Assembly: GCA_963845755.1 (NCBI GenBank)
Contig: CAWJTV010000028.1
Span: 288,001 to 352,000 of the forward strand
Origin: an uncultured Planctomycetota bacterium
GTDB taxonomy: Bacteria; Planctomycetota; Planctomycetia; Isosphaerales; Isosphaeraceae
Reading direction: 5' to 3'
Length of the DNA stretch: 64,000 nt
The notes beneath the pieces are model-generated. The model worked only from the letters and a program-made list of their open reading frames with translations, was not told the origin of the DNA and made no database searches. The position numbers were made by a program, and so were the translations under genes. This document shows positions 11,265 to 22,345 of this stretch, one piece after another (position 1 is the first letter of the stretch; every line of letters begins with the position of its first letter).

Positions 11265-13745
11265 TCAATGTCGGAACAAGAATTCCTTGGAGTTGACCAG
11301 CACCCAGCCCAGGTCCTCGATACCCTGACGGCGGTCCTTCGAGCCGCTGAGATGCTTCACGGCGGCCTCGAGCTCGCTGGCGCTGGGCTCACGGGAGAGC
11401 GCCACCAGGTAGAGTTCCTGCGTGATCTCCTGGGGCGTCTTGCTGCTCTTGGCAAGCTGGGCCATCCGGCCGCTCTCTTCGTGGAGCTTACCGTTGACCG
11501 TCGCTCCACCGATGAGCTGGAGGGCTTGAGAGAGATTGGATTCGCTTTCTCGCTCGCATTCACAGGCCAGCTCACGGGCAGGGCGTCCGAACGTCTTGAG
11601 GAACGGGTTCTCCATCTTGCCGTCCGGGATCTGGGTCGCGCGGGCGCCGGTGGGTAGGCCGTCGAACCGCGTCGTCGTCGCCGTGAGGGTTGAGATGGCG
11701 TCGAGCAAGACTTCCGCGGGCAGGAGCTTGGTCTGGGCATGGGAGAAGTAAAGGCCGTCGTCGACATTGAAGGAATTCGTCGTCGCGCTGAGCTGATAGG
11801 CTCGGCTCTGCAGAATGGTGCGGATCAACGACTTCAGGTGATAGCCGTTCTTGACGAAATCGGCGGTCAGGCCGTCGAGCAGCTCGTCGTTGGACGCCGG
11901 GTTCGAGTCGCGGAAGTCGTCGACGGGCTCGACGATCCCACGGCCGAGCAAGTGATACCAGATCCGGTTGACGAGGCTCTTGGCGAAGAAGGGATTCTGG
12001 GTCCCGGCGAGCCAGGATGCCAGGCGAACGCGGCGGTCCGGGGTCTGGGATGAATCGTCGAAAACCGGGCCGCCCAGGGCCTTCGGCTTCATCGTCTGGC
12101 CAGTGCGCGGCTGCCGAACGTCCCCCGCGCCGGACGGGTACACGATCTCTTCATCCGGCAGGCTCCCCTTCTTGCGGCCGATCTGCGAGAAGAAGGCGGC
12201 GAACCCATAATAGTCGTCCTGGGTCCACCGCTCGAACGGATGATTGTGGCACTTGGCGCACTGGATCCGGACCCCCAGGAAGAGTTGGGCGGTGGTCTCG
12301 ACGGCGCTCTCGGGGTCCCGGCTGATCCGGTAATAGTTCGCGGCCGGGTTCTTGTAGGTCGAGCCCTCCGACGTGAGCAATTCCCGGACGAACGCGTCCA
12401 TCGGTACGTCCCGCTCCAGGCACTCCCGGATCCAACGATGGAAGACATAAGCCCCCTTGGGCTCGATCAGCCGCCCGTTGGAACGAAGGATATCCGCGAA
12501 CTTGAGCGTCCAGAAGTCATAGAACTCGGGACGAGCCAGCAGTTCGTCGATCGCCTGTTGGCGACGCGTCTTCGCGGGCGCCTCCAGGAATCGCTTCACC
12601 TCCTCGGGCCTCGGCAGGACGCCGATCACGTCGAGAGAGGCCCGGCGAATGAACTCCCGGTCCGTACATAACTCGGAGGGACGGATCCGCATCCGGTTGA
12701 GCTTGGTGAAGACGGCGCGATCGATCACGTTGTTCTGGGGGACCTCGGCCTGGACGAAGCCCGGTACTTCCACCAGGTGGGTCAGACGGATATTGGCGAC
12801 CAGGTTGAGGTAATGGGCGATGATGGCAACCTCGCCCCGCGACTTGAATCGGACGTAACCCTCGGAGTTGACCTCGGCGATCTCGGGATTGGACGAATCG
12901 TAGTAGCAGATCGGTGTGACGTCGCGGACCTTCTGGTCGGCGTCGTGCACGAAGACGACGAGCTGCTGGGTCTCCGCGGGCGCCGTGAGGACCCGCGCTT
13001 CGGGCAAGATCGCCAATCGGACCGCCTTCGTGGCACCCGGGTCGTCTTTGGCCCCTTCCTGGATCCAGTCATGGAGGAACTCGAACGTCTTGGACGTCGC
13101 GCGAAGGCGCAGTCCCCCCTCGTGCGGCACCTGGCCGAGCGGCTTTCGGAGGATCAAGCTCGTGTCGGCCGCCAGGGGATTGATGCGACGCCCTCCCGCC
13201 TCGCGGGACAGGATCAGGAAGTCCTGGTCCGGCAAGTATCCGCGGAGGCTGAGCCGGAAGCCCCCTTTTCCCGTCGGCGTCCCGTGACAGGCACCCATAT
13301 TGCAGCCGGCCTGACTGAACGCGGGGATCACGTCGCGGCGAAAACTGACGGGCGCCGGGCGGTCCATGCCCTCGACGGTGATCGCGGCCTCAATCTCGCT
13401 GCTGCCCAGCCTGGCGACGATCCGTGCCCGACCATTGACCCGGGGGATCACCCGCCCCTTCGACGTGACCGAGGCGACGGCCGGATCGAGGCTCACCCAT
13501 TCGACGGAGCGCGTGGCGTCCCGGACCGAGGCGTCGGCGGCGCGGGCGGTCGCAATCAGTTGTTGCGTCGCACGCCGGCCGACCAGCCGGGCTTGTTGGG
13601 GCACAATGGTGATCGTGCCAAACGCGGGATCTGCCGTCAGGGCCGCCTCGCCGGCTCGGAGAGGATTCCCGATCGGGTGGTTACCGACCAGGAGAGCTGC
13701 GAACGTCAGCGTCAGGACGCACTGGCGAGGATTTCGAGCGTGCAT
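11265..13745 (-). CDS. DUF1549/DUF1553 (PSD1) protein with Ig-like domains
   Basis: GCNMGACHG, FIRRASLD, QCAKCHNHPFERWTQDDYY, VNRIWYHLLGRGIVEPVDD, CECER and NSKEFLFRH, typical of this planctomycete family. Confidence 0.9.
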   Translation of the reverse strand: MHARNPRQCVLTLTFAALLVGNHPIGNPLRAGEAALTADPAFGTITIVPQQARLVGRRATQQLIATARAADASVRDATRSVEWVSLDPAVASVTSKGRVIPRVNGRARIVARLGSSEIEAAITVEGMDRPAPVSFRRDVIPAFSQAGCNMGACHGTPTGKGGFRLSLRGYLPDQDFLILSREAGGRRINPLAADTSLILRKPLGQVPHEGGLRLRATSKTFEFLHDWIQEGAKDDPGATKAVRLAILPEARVLTAPAETQQLVVFVHDADQKVRDVTPICYYDSSNPEIAEVNSEGYVRFKSRGEVAIIAHYLNLVANIRLTHLVEVPGFVQAEVPQNNVIDRAVFTKLNRMRIRPSELCTDREFIRRASLDVIGVLPRPEEVKRFLEAPAKTRRQQAIDELLARPEFYDFWTLKFADILRSNGRLIEPKGAYVFHRWIRECLERDVPMDAFVRELLTSEGSTYKNPAANYYRISRDPESAVETTAQLFLGVRIQCAKCHNHPFERWTQDDYYGFAAFFSQIGRKKGSLPDEEIVYPSGAGDVRQPRTGQTMKPKALGGPVFDDSSQTPDRRVRLASWLAGTQNPFFAKSLVNRIWYHLLGRGIVEPVDDFRDSNPASNDELLDGLTADFVKNGYHLKSLIRTILQSRAYQLSATTNSFNVDDGLYFSHAQTKLLPAEVLLDAISTLTATTTRFDGLPTGARATQIPDGKMENPFLKTFGRPARELACECERESESNLSQALQLIGGATVNGKLHEESGRMAQLAKSSKTPQEITQELYLVALSREPSASELEAAVKHLSGSKDRRQGIEDLGWVLVNSKEFLFRH

Positions 13746-14247
13746 GGCCTGCACCTCCGTCCGTGCAAAGAGGAGGGTGGGTGTTCTCTGGAGGGAATCA
13801 CCGGAGACCGGACCGCTTCGGCGGGCATCCGGCAAGAGCTTCTCTATAGTATTCTTTCGCCACGATGGCGAAATTTTCAAGAAAAGTCAAACAATTTTCC
13901 GGGCGGCCGTCTTATGTTGGATATCGGCTCCTGGACTTGCGGGAAGCCGTGGAGCTTATACAATTAGAGTGTTCGCGCGCCGTTGGCCGGTTGTTCACCG
14001 AGGCGTGCCCTGTCTCGAACGCATGCCAGGATGTCTTTTCGCAATCCCATGGACGGCCGCGGATCGACTCCTGATGACCATGTCGGGAGCGGATTGAGAC
14101 ATCTTCAGGAAAAGTTGTGGTAGACTGAAGACGTTGGTTGCCATCGAGATTGCGGCCGCGCCCGAGGGTGCGGATGCCGATTCGCCGAGGGTTGAAATCT
14201 CAAGCTCGGAGGGAGTCGGAGAGCTGATTTCAAGGAGGAGATCTTCG

Positions 14248-14712
14248 ATGATGGGGCGAGTGGAAAACGGGTGGGCACGGTTCGGGATTCCGGGCCTGGC
14301 CCTGGGATTGGCGATCGCATGGGGGACGACTGGCATTCGAGGGGAGCAAGCCGCAGCCCAGCAGGCTCCGAGTGGCTCGGCTCGGCAAGCATCCCCGAAC
14401 GACGGAGGTCGTGGCCGCTCGGAGGCGACGAAATCGTCGTCGGCCCGGACGGTCGCCGCGAACGATACGGGGGGTACGCTGGCCCTCATCAGCAATACGA
14501 CCGGGGCGGTCCAGTGGCTCTACCTGGTCGATACCAAGCAGAAATCGTTTGCCATCTACCGCATCGACCCGACCAATCCCAAGGGGAGCCTCAAGCTCGA
14601 GGCATCGCGCAAGTATCGATGGGACCTGGAGCTGGATGAATACAACAACCATGGTCTGGAACCGTCTGCCGTCGAGGCGCGAGTCCGGACCATGACTCAT
14701 ACAACCCAGTAG
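14248..14712 (+). CDS. Hypothetical exported protein
   Basis: RBS AAGGAGG, N-terminal hydrophobic segment and a compact C-terminal region (LYLVDT..FAIYRID..RWDLELDEYN). Confidence 0.7.
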   Translation: MMGRVENGWARFGIPGLALGLAIAWGTTGIRGEQAAAQQAPSGSARQASPNDGGRGRSEATKSSSARTVAANDTGGTLALISNTTGAVQWLYLVDTKQKSFAIYRIDPTNPKGSLKLEASRKYRWDLELDEYNNHGLEPSAVEARVRTMTHTTQ

Positions 14713-14813
14713 AAGAGGGGGACTTCCGGCGTGACGGGTCGGGGTCTTCCCTGCGAGAGAGTTGACTTCCAACGAATGCGACAGGGCTGATCACGATCGC
14801 GAGGAGCACGTCC

Positions 14814-16349
14814 ATGGCTCAGTTTTATACATTAGAAGAAGCTGCCCGGATCCTGGGCATGAGCGTTGAGGAACTCAAGTCCAAGGCCCAGGCGCGAGAG
14901 GTCCGCTCATTCCTCGACAGCGGATCGTTGCGTTTCCGCGTCGTCGATGTGGATGAATTGGCCCGCCGTCGCGGGCTCGGCAGCGATGCCGAACTGCGTC
15001 TCTCCGATCTGGAGGTCCCGACGACCGGGGGTGGCTCCAGTTCCGAAGAATTGGACCTCTCCGAGTTCCACCTGGGCGTGGCCAAGCCGGACCTGGGCGC
15101 GGAGACCATGCATGTAGGCAAGGCTTCGGGTTCGGCGTCCGAGGGCTCCTCGGAGCATGACATCCTGCTGGACGACTTGTCGTTACCGCCCAATCCGGTC
15201 ACCGGTTCCAGCTCGGTGATCATCGGCGTTTCGACGTCGGGCAAGCTTCCCACGGATTCGGATGTGCGCCTGGTGCCGGATAATGTCAGCGGATCCAGCG
15301 ACTCGGATGTGCGGCTGGCCCCTTCCGATTCGGGCCTCAGGCAACCGAGCGATTCCGACGTGACCCTGATCAAGGACGACACCGCCGATCACGGCATCCT
15401 CGGCTCGGGCAGCGGCAGCGACACCTCGGTGCGCTCCACCCCGTTCCTCGGCTCCTCGGCGGAGGTCCCGGCCAGCCAGTCCGACAGCGATTTCGACCTG
15501 AATCCCTCGAGCGAGTTGATCGACGCCCTCCAGCCGGACTCGGGAAGCGATTTTGAGTTGAGTGCGCTGGACGCCAGCGACGAGTTCGAGTCCACGCCGC
15601 TGAGCAAGGCGAGCGATTCCGACGTGACCGCCGCCGATCCCAATCTTTCCGGGATCAATCTGTCTCGACCGAGCGATTCGGGGATCAATCTCCAGGCCGC
15701 GAGCGGGCTGGGACTGGGTCAAGCCGACTCGATCGAGCTGGCTCCGCTGAGCGATGAGGACATCAAGTCGACTGGGCCGGCCCGGTCGTCCGCGCCCAAG
15801 AAGTCGCTGTCGGCCACCCCGCCGCCCGCCGTGAAGAAGGGCGAAAAGGACATCTTCGACGACACCGATTTCGAGGTCGACGTCCCCTTATCTGACGACG
15901 ATTCGGACGACAAGACCGTTCAGCTCGAGGCCGCCAGCGACTTCGAGCTGGAGGAGAGCGACAGTGGCTCCGAGGTCTTCGCCATCGACGAGGAAGCCGT
16001 TGACCAGAACGCGGCGACCGCGATGGCCCCGTCGGCATTCGCCGAGGATGACGAGGATGAGGAGGACGATGGGTTCGACGCCGCGGTGTCCAGCGAGATG
16101 ACCAGTGGCTGGTCGAGTGGCGATAGCACGAGCGTGGGTGGCGAACGGACCGCGCCCGCCGTGGTCCTCCAGCGCGATACCGAGGCGGAATGGAGCGGCT
16201 TGTGGGTCGGCCTGCTGGGCGTATCCACGGTCTTGCTGATGATCGTCTCGTTTATCTCCTACGACCTGATGCGCAACCTTTACGAATTCCGCGACGGCGG
16301 GCCGGGTGCCGGTCTGGTCAAAGCCATCGCCGGCCTGTTCGGAGGGTGA
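14814..16349 (+). CDS. HTH (MerR/excisionase-like) protein with acidic repeat linker and C-terminal membrane anchor
   Basis: N-terminal FYTLEEAARILGMSVEEL, about 400 aa D/E/S-rich region, then TM WVGLLGVSTVLLMIVSFISY. RBS GAGGAG. Confidence 0.8.
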   Translation: MAQFYTLEEAARILGMSVEELKSKAQAREVRSFLDSGSLRFRVVDVDELARRRGLGSDAELRLSDLEVPTTGGGSSSEELDLSEFHLGVAKPDLGAETMHVGKASGSASEGSSEHDILLDDLSLPPNPVTGSSSVIIGVSTSGKLPTDSDVRLVPDNVSGSSDSDVRLAPSDSGLRQPSDSDVTLIKDDTADHGILGSGSGSDTSVRSTPFLGSSAEVPASQSDSDFDLNPSSELIDALQPDSGSDFELSALDASDEFESTPLSKASDSDVTAADPNLSGINLSRPSDSGINLQAASGLGLGQADSIELAPLSDEDIKSTGPARSSAPKKSLSATPPPAVKKGEKDIFDDTDFEVDVPLSDDDSDDKTVQLEAASDFELEESDSGSEVFAIDEEAVDQNAATAMAPSAFAEDDEDEEDDGFDAAVSSEMTSGWSSGDSTSVGGERTAPAVVLQRDTEAEWSGLWVGLLGVSTVLLMIVSFISYDLMRNLYEFRDGGPGAGLVKAIAGLFGG

Positions 16350-16556
16350 TTGTCGGTTCGCATCCTGGCGAGGCCCTCGGGCCTCGCCTCGACCGTTCTA
16401 GGATGCACGGGGACCGGTGTGGGTCGGCTCGACTCCACCGGCCCTGCGGCATCATTCACAGACGGTCTATCCGACACGTGAAGACCCGAGGACCGGATGG
16501 ATGGTCCGGATGGGACGAGATTTGAGAACGATCGGTCCCGAAAGGAGGCGGAACGG

Positions 16557-17078
16557 ATGGTTCATCCCTGCCACCACGTCCCGAGCTCTCGGATCCTCGT
16601 CCTGCTGCTTTTCGCTTCAACCCTCCTTCCCGGTTGCGGGATCGTTCCGCGTTCGCGCATGGACGAATGCCAGCAGCTTAGCCAACTCCTCCGAACCGAG
16701 AATGCACGCCTGAAGGACCGGGTGCTCGCTTTGCAGAGCCAGAACCGGGATTATGGCGATCGCGCGGTTGACGACCTGCGCCGACTGACGGCCCGGGACC
16801 GGGCGATCGCGCGGCTGGAACAGGACATCCAGGCCTATCAGGACGATCGGGAGCGTCTCGCCGCAGCCTATGAGCAACTGCGCGTCAGTCTGGGCCGACG
16901 ATCGGAGGACGACCGCACCGGCTCGGAGTCAGAACAGACCCGGAGAGCCACCACGCGCCGGCTTGGCGAGAAGTTGTCGTTGTCGAACGATTCGCATCGG
17001 ATACCGGTCTCGGGAAGGGATGATGAAGGGATGAGCCGACAACGATCGTCGGGACGGGACGATCAGACTGGCCCTTGA
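16557..17078 (+). CDS. Coiled-coil lipoprotein, hypothetical
   Basis: RBS AAGGAGG, lipobox LPGC and a heptad-like helical region. Confidence 0.7.
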   Translation: MVHPCHHVPSSRILVLLLFASTLLPGCGIVPRSRMDECQQLSQLLRTENARLKDRVLALQSQNRDYGDRAVDDLRRLTARDRAIARLEQDIQAYQDDRERLAAAYEQLRVSLGRRSEDDRTGSESEQTRRATTRRLGEKLSLSNDSHRIPVSGRDDEGMSRQRSSGRDDQTGP

Positions 17079-17163
17079 CTGAGGCCGGAATGCCCACCCA
17101 TAATCCAATGATTGTTGACCACGAAATTGAAACGTCGGTCTACTCGATTGGGAGCGAACTGAG

Positions 17164-17868
17164 ATGCGAATGTTAAGACCAGCGCTATGGTGCACGCTGC
17201 TGACCCTCGTTCCGGGCCTGGCGGTCGCGGCGGGTATTCGAGGCGATTACGTGGAGGCTCGGAACGCGGATGTCTTCACCGGACCCTGCTTCTCCAATTC
17301 CGAGGTTTTCACCTGCGGCAAGCAGGCCGTGATGGCCTGGAAAGTGAACGAAGGCTCCTGGCAGGGAGTGGATCTTGCCGGCTTGTGTGTCGCCGCCGCG
17401 GTGCAGGCGGACACGACCTTTTCGCTGGATCACCCCGACCGGGCCCAGGCCGTTCTGATCGTGGACTCGCAGGCGACCGAGCCGCAACGGCATGCGCTGA
17501 TCGATCTGGCCAAGACGATGGGCGGCGCCCGGCTGGGCCAGGTCAAGACGATCGCCATCACCCGGATGCGTCTGACCCTCGAGGACCACGGGACATCGGT
17601 GAACGAATCGGCCCACGCGGCGCACTCCATGCCCCACTCGCCGCGGGCTTCCTTCTGGGCCGCCGGGATCGCCCAGATCGTCACTCGCCCCCTGGACGAC
17701 CGCGACCATTTCTGCGGGAACGAAGTCATCGCGTATCCGCCGCTCTCCGAGGGCGTCTCCGTCCAGCCGGCCTTCACCCTGGGACATGAATTCAAGGGCA
17801 AGGGCCTCGATACCCGATGGGACGACCCATACTGCCGCAGCAGTTTCGTCGGTCGCTTCACCCGTTGA
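17164..17868 (+). CDS. DUF1326-like exported protein
   Basis: Signal peptide followed by GDYVEARNADVFTGPCFSNSE and HFCGNEVIAYPPL. Confidence 0.7.
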   Translation: MRMLRPALWCTLLTLVPGLAVAAGIRGDYVEARNADVFTGPCFSNSEVFTCGKQAVMAWKVNEGSWQGVDLAGLCVAAAVQADTTFSLDHPDRAQAVLIVDSQATEPQRHALIDLAKTMGGARLGQVKTIAITRMRLTLEDHGTSVNESAHAAHSMPHSPRASFWAAGIAQIVTRPLDDRDHFCGNEVIAYPPLSEGVSVQPAFTLGHEFKGKGLDTRWDDPYCRSSFVGRFTR

Positions 17869-18081
17869 TCATTGGGGCGAGGGGTGTCGGGGATCGTCGG
17901 AGACAAGACGTGCCCGTCGCTTTGCTGACACTCGACGCTCGGTGTCCGCGTCAGCCGGCAGAGAATTGATGATGGGGCATGGGGTGCCCGGCCTCATCGG
18001 AGGCAGGGCCCGCCCACGCTCTCCCGATCGCCACCCCAACCCTCCAGGCCCGAATTCTTCAGTCCCCGGGATGATTTCACG

Positions 18082-18769
18082 ATGAGACCGATCGTTCTCG
18101 CCTTGGTGTTTTGGGTCACAGGGAGCCGCTGCGCTGGCCCAGGACTCGATCAAGGTCGAGGCCCGCAAGCAGGCGCCTCCGTCCTCGCTGACGCCGGAGT
18201 TACAGGCCGCACTGACCGCCCAGAGCATCCTGATCCAGGATGGCGAGGGAAAAGCCGTCGGGGAGATCTGGCTCCGACAGGCGACTCCCAGCTCCGAGAA
18301 GCCATCTGGCCCCAAGGGAGCTATCCAGTTCCCGTTCCTCGCCGATGGTGAGCTGCTCGGCATCCTGGAATTCGCGACGGAAGGCCACGATTATCGGGAT
18401 CAGCCGATCACCAAGGGTGTCTACACGATGCGATACGGCTTGCAACCGGTCAACGGCGATCATCTGGGGGTCAGCGATTTCCGGGATTATGTGTTGCTCT
18501 TGCCCGCATCGAAGGACAAGGCATTGGCACCACCCACGCGCAAGCAATTGGAGCATCGGAGTGCCGAGGCGGCGGGGACGAGCCACCCCGCATCGTTCCT
18601 GTTATTGCTCGCGCCTCCGGAGAGGAAGTCCGAGCCCGCGGCGGTCCATGATGCGGCGAAGAACACCTGGAGCGTGGTTCTTCCGCTTCGCCTCCAGGTC
18701 AAGGGTCAGAATCCCCAGGTGATGACCTACCCGGTCCAGCTAGTGGTCGTGGGAGCCGCCGCGGCGTAA
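18082..18769 (+). CDS. Hypothetical exported protein (frameshift ~18130)
   Basis: Signal-like MRPIVLALVFWVTG joins after a shift to AQDSIKVEARKQAP..GEIWLRQ..DYRDQPITKGVYTMRYGLQPVNGDHLGVSDFRD, ending at TAA 18769. Confidence 0.7.
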
Positions 18770-18888
18770 GAGGCCGTCATGAGGGGCCCGATCGCCGAGA
18801 CGCCAAGGCGATGCCCAGTCTCATCTCTCCGGCGATGCTCGAGGAGCCGCGCCCCCTCCAGGAGTGATGGCCCCGGATTGAATCAAAC

Positions 18889-20380
18889 ATGATGCCCCTC
18901 TCCCTCCTGATCGCGCTGGTGCTCGCCTTCGGAATCGATTCCCCGAGGGCCGGGGTTCCTCCCTCGGATGTCGGCGTGCGGGTGCTGGAAACTTGCGGAG
19001 GGATCAGCATGGTCGCGGCCCTGGCGTTCGGCCTGGGCTTGTGGGTTGCCGCCCGGGTCTGGCAGACCGGGCTGGCCACCTCGCGCCTGCGACGGCGATA
19101 TGCGCTAGGAGTTCGGTTCCTGACGGGCGTCGCGCTGCTCGTGTACGGATGGATCATCCATTCGGTCGGGTGGTCTCGGTTGGTTCGCAGCAACTGGGGA
19201 CTGGGGGACTGGATCCTGCTCGACGACGTGCTGGTGTTCCTGCCGTATGTCGTGATCCAGGTCCTCATCTGGTGGGGCCTCTTCTTCGGCGAGCGGGCGC
19301 TTCAGATCCGGTCCGAGCGTGGGTCGGATGGCCGGCTGGGTCGCTACCTGATCCGCAGGGCCCGGCAATCGATCGGGCTGATCCTCCCGGTCGTGCTGTT
19401 GTACATCGTCCGGCGTGACGTCCTGGTGAGGATCTGGCCGCGGTGGGATGAGAGCGTGCTGGCCGAGCCGCTGGAGATCGTCATCCTCGGATCGTTAGTG
19501 CTGATGGCCTCGCCGCTGTTCGTCAGGCTGGCCTGGCCGACGCGACCCCTGGAGCCCGGGCCACTACGTCGCCGGCTGGAGCGCACCGCGGAGCGGGTCG
19601 GCTTCCGCTTCACCGACGTCCTCGTGTGGGATACCGGCCATTCGATGTTCAATGCCTGCGTTACCGGGGTCCTACCCCGATTTCGGTATGTCCTCCTGAC
19701 CGACGCCTTGATCGAGTCCATGACGCCCCTCGAGGTGGCGGCGGTCTTCGGCCACGAAATCGGGCACATCGCCCATCGCCACTTACTCTACTTCGGCTTC
19801 TTCTTCGCGGGGAGCCTGGGCGTGCTCTCACTCCTGGCCGAGGGCGTCGCTGCGAGCGACGCGTGGATGTCCCTATCGTCCACGCTGGCCCCGTTCAGTT
19901 CGAAGCTCCTGAGCGAGAAGGTCCTGAGCGAGACCATCCAGGCCGGCGCCCTGTTGAGCTTGCTGGGCTTGTACTTCTGGCTGGTCTTCGGTCATCTCTC
20001 GCGGCGCTCGAGCGCCAGGCCGACGTCTTCGGCAGCAAGGTCGTCTCCTGCGACCTGCCCGATTGTCCTCCGCACATCGACCGCGACAACGAATTGCTCC
20101 CCGCGCCGCCCGCGTCCAGGAGCCGTCGCTGTGTCCGGTCGGAATCCGGATCTTCGCCGATGCCCTGGCGAATGTGGCGCACTGGAACGGTATGGAATCC
20201 TCGCGGCATTCCTGGCGGCATGGCAGCATCGCCAGCCGGATCGCCTTTCTGGAGCGACTGGAGCAGAATCCCGCTCAAGAACTCCGCTTCCAGCGCGATG
20301 TGCGCCGACTCCGCGTGGCCGTGGGAATCGTACTCGCCCTGGCGATCCTGATCGAGGTATTCCGCCAATTCTCGCAGTAG
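18889..20380 (+). CDS. M48 (Ste24/HtpX-like) membrane metalloprotease (frameshifts ~20007, ~20110)
   Basis: Multiple TM segments, NACVTG, HEIGH zinc motif, SRR(F)ERQAD and HGSIASRIAFL. Confidence 0.85.
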
Positions 20381-20468
20381 TCACGAAGGACAACCTCGGA
20401 CATTCGCCGCGAACTTCGGCCTCGGGGCGACTGGATGGTCGGATGGTCTCACGGGCATGATTGGCTCT

Positions 20469-20496
20469 TTGAGCCTCCGAGGAGTTTTGTTATAGT
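20469..20496 (+). promoter_or_regulatory. Candidate sigma70 promoter (extended -10) for the sensor kinase
   Basis: TTGAGC-N16-TATAGT with TGn before the -10, 140 nt upstream of ATG 20636. Confidence 0.45.
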
Positions 20497-20635
20497 GCGG
20501 CCCTTTCGCGGTGAGTGGTCGGTCGTCGGACCTGAGGAGTCGATCGGCAGGCCGTCTGGCCCGGGATTCGGAAGCGCGGGCCGAGGACGCAAGGACTTAA
20601 GGACTCAAGGACTCTTGAGCGACAGGGAGGTCGTC

Positions 20636-22267
20636 ATGCTCCGATGGCCGATTCGGCTGAAGCTCATGGTCGGCCTCAGCCTGGTCGTGGGGATGATGCT
20701 GATCTTGATGGGCGGCTCGATCTTCGGGCTGCACTCCTTTCACATCACCAACCTGACGCTGGGTGATCAGCTACGCGAGATCGGTGCGTCAACGGATCTC
20801 TTCGCCACCGTCTTGCGGCTGTATGAGCCGAGGGAGCATTCTACCGAGGCCGATGGCCGGGAGTTGAAGCGACGGGTGATGGATGCACGCGAGGCGCTCC
20901 AGGTGTATTTCAAGCACCTGAAGAGGAACACGACTCATGGCAATCGGGGCGGCAGCGGGCTCGATGAGTTGGGTCTCGCCCTCGTCATGGACGAGGATCT
21001 GACCGCGATCCTCAACGAGCTCGACCACGATCAGGAGCCCGTCGAGCCGCTATTCCCCGGGACGACGATTTACGTCCCCGATTTGCTGTCGAAGTTCAAG
21101 CCGGCCGCCGGCGTGAAATCCCGGATCGAACGGCTCCACGAGACGGTCAGCACGCTTGCCAAAAACTTACATCTGGATTTCTGGGACGTCTTGCAGATGT
21201 CGAAGGGCCAGTACCAGACGAGCCGTATCATCGTATGGTCGTCGGCGGTGATGGTGCTGGGGATGCTGTGCGGGCTGACGTCCTTGTTCCACCGCTGGGT
21301 GCTTACGCCGGTGCGGATGCTTCAGCGCGGCGTGCGACACGTCGCGCGCGGCTCCTTCGACTACAAGATCAACCTGAAGTCGGGCGACGAGATGCAGGAC
21401 CTTGGCGAGGCCTTCAACGACATGACGGCCAAGCTCAGCGTGACCTACGCCGACCTGGAGCGTCAGGTCCAGGAGCGCAGCCGTCAGCTCGTCCGCTCCG
21501 AACGGCTGGCGGGGGTCGGCTTCCTCGCCGCGGGCGTTGCGCACGAGATCAATAACCCGCTGGCCTCGATCGCGTTCTGCGCCGAGGCCCTCGACCATCG
21601 CCTCGAGCCGTACCTGAGTCGCTCGGAGAATCCCGATGACCGTGTCGTCGCGAATTATCTGAAGATGATCCAGGAGGAAGCGTTCCGATGTAAGAATATC
21701 ACCGAGCGGCTGCTGGATTTCTCCCGCTGCAACGACATCACCCGCGAACGGATCGATCTGGCGAGTCTGATCCAGGGTGTGGTCGAGATGATCCGGCATA
21801 TCGGCAAGTACCGCGGGAAGTCGATCATCTTCAACCCTCGCGAAGCCGTCATGGCGCACGTGGACGGCCAGGAGATCAAGCAGGTGGTGCTGAACCTGAT
21901 CGTCAATGCGCTGGAGTCCATGGACGCCCAGGGCACCTTGCGGATCGACGCCCGCTATCGCCAGGGGATGGCCGAGATCGTCTTCTCGGACGACGGTTGC
22001 GGCATGGAGCCCGAGATCCTGGAGAATATCTTCGAGCCCTTCTTCACCCGGCGCCGCGAGGGCAAGGGGACGGGCCTGGGCCTCTCGATCACGCACCGGA
22101 TCATCAGCCAGCACGACGGCGAGATCATGGCGTCCAGCCCGGGTACCGGACGGGGATCGACGTTCACGGTGCGGCTGCCACTCCTTCCCGCGGAACTTCC
22201 CGAGGAAGGCCGGCCAAGACCCAGGAACGCGAGCCGGCGCCACGTTGAGCCGGTGCCGGCTGCCTGA
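20636..22267 (+). CDS. HAMP-domain sensor histidine kinase (NtrB-like)
   Basis: Two TM segments, HAMP domain, AGVAHEINNPL H-box, NLIVNA, DDGCGM, FEPFFT and GTGLGL. RBS GGGAGG. Confidence 0.92.
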   Translation: MLRWPIRLKLMVGLSLVVGMMLILMGGSIFGLHSFHITNLTLGDQLREIGASTDLFATVLRLYEPREHSTEADGRELKRRVMDAREALQVYFKHLKRNTTHGNRGGSGLDELGLALVMDEDLTAILNELDHDQEPVEPLFPGTTIYVPDLLSKFKPAAGVKSRIERLHETVSTLAKNLHLDFWDVLQMSKGQYQTSRIIVWSSAVMVLGMLCGLTSLFHRWVLTPVRMLQRGVRHVARGSFDYKINLKSGDEMQDLGEAFNDMTAKLSVTYADLERQVQERSRQLVRSERLAGVGFLAAGVAHEINNPLASIAFCAEALDHRLEPYLSRSENPDDRVVANYLKMIQEEAFRCKNITERLLDFSRCNDITRERIDLASLIQGVVEMIRHIGKYRGKSIIFNPREAVMAHVDGQEIKQVVLNLIVNALESMDAQGTLRIDARYRQGMAEIVFSDDGCGMEPEILENIFEPFFTRRREGKGTGLGLSITHRIISQHDGEIMASSPGTGRGSTFTVRLPLLPAELPEEGRPRPRNASRRHVEPVPAA

Positions 22268-22345
22268 TCGTGATTGGCTCGTCGGTCGATCCCGCGGCGG
22301 TCTCGCACAACAGCAAATCCGCAGAGAATAGGGAGGGCCCGTGAC

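Noticed and set aside
17881..18037. Long-range pairings (GGGGTG/CACCCC, GATCG/CGATC, GGAGA/TCTCC) in the gap after the DUF1326 gene
   Set aside because: The helices are short and GC-rich, plausible by chance, with no promoter or terminator support.
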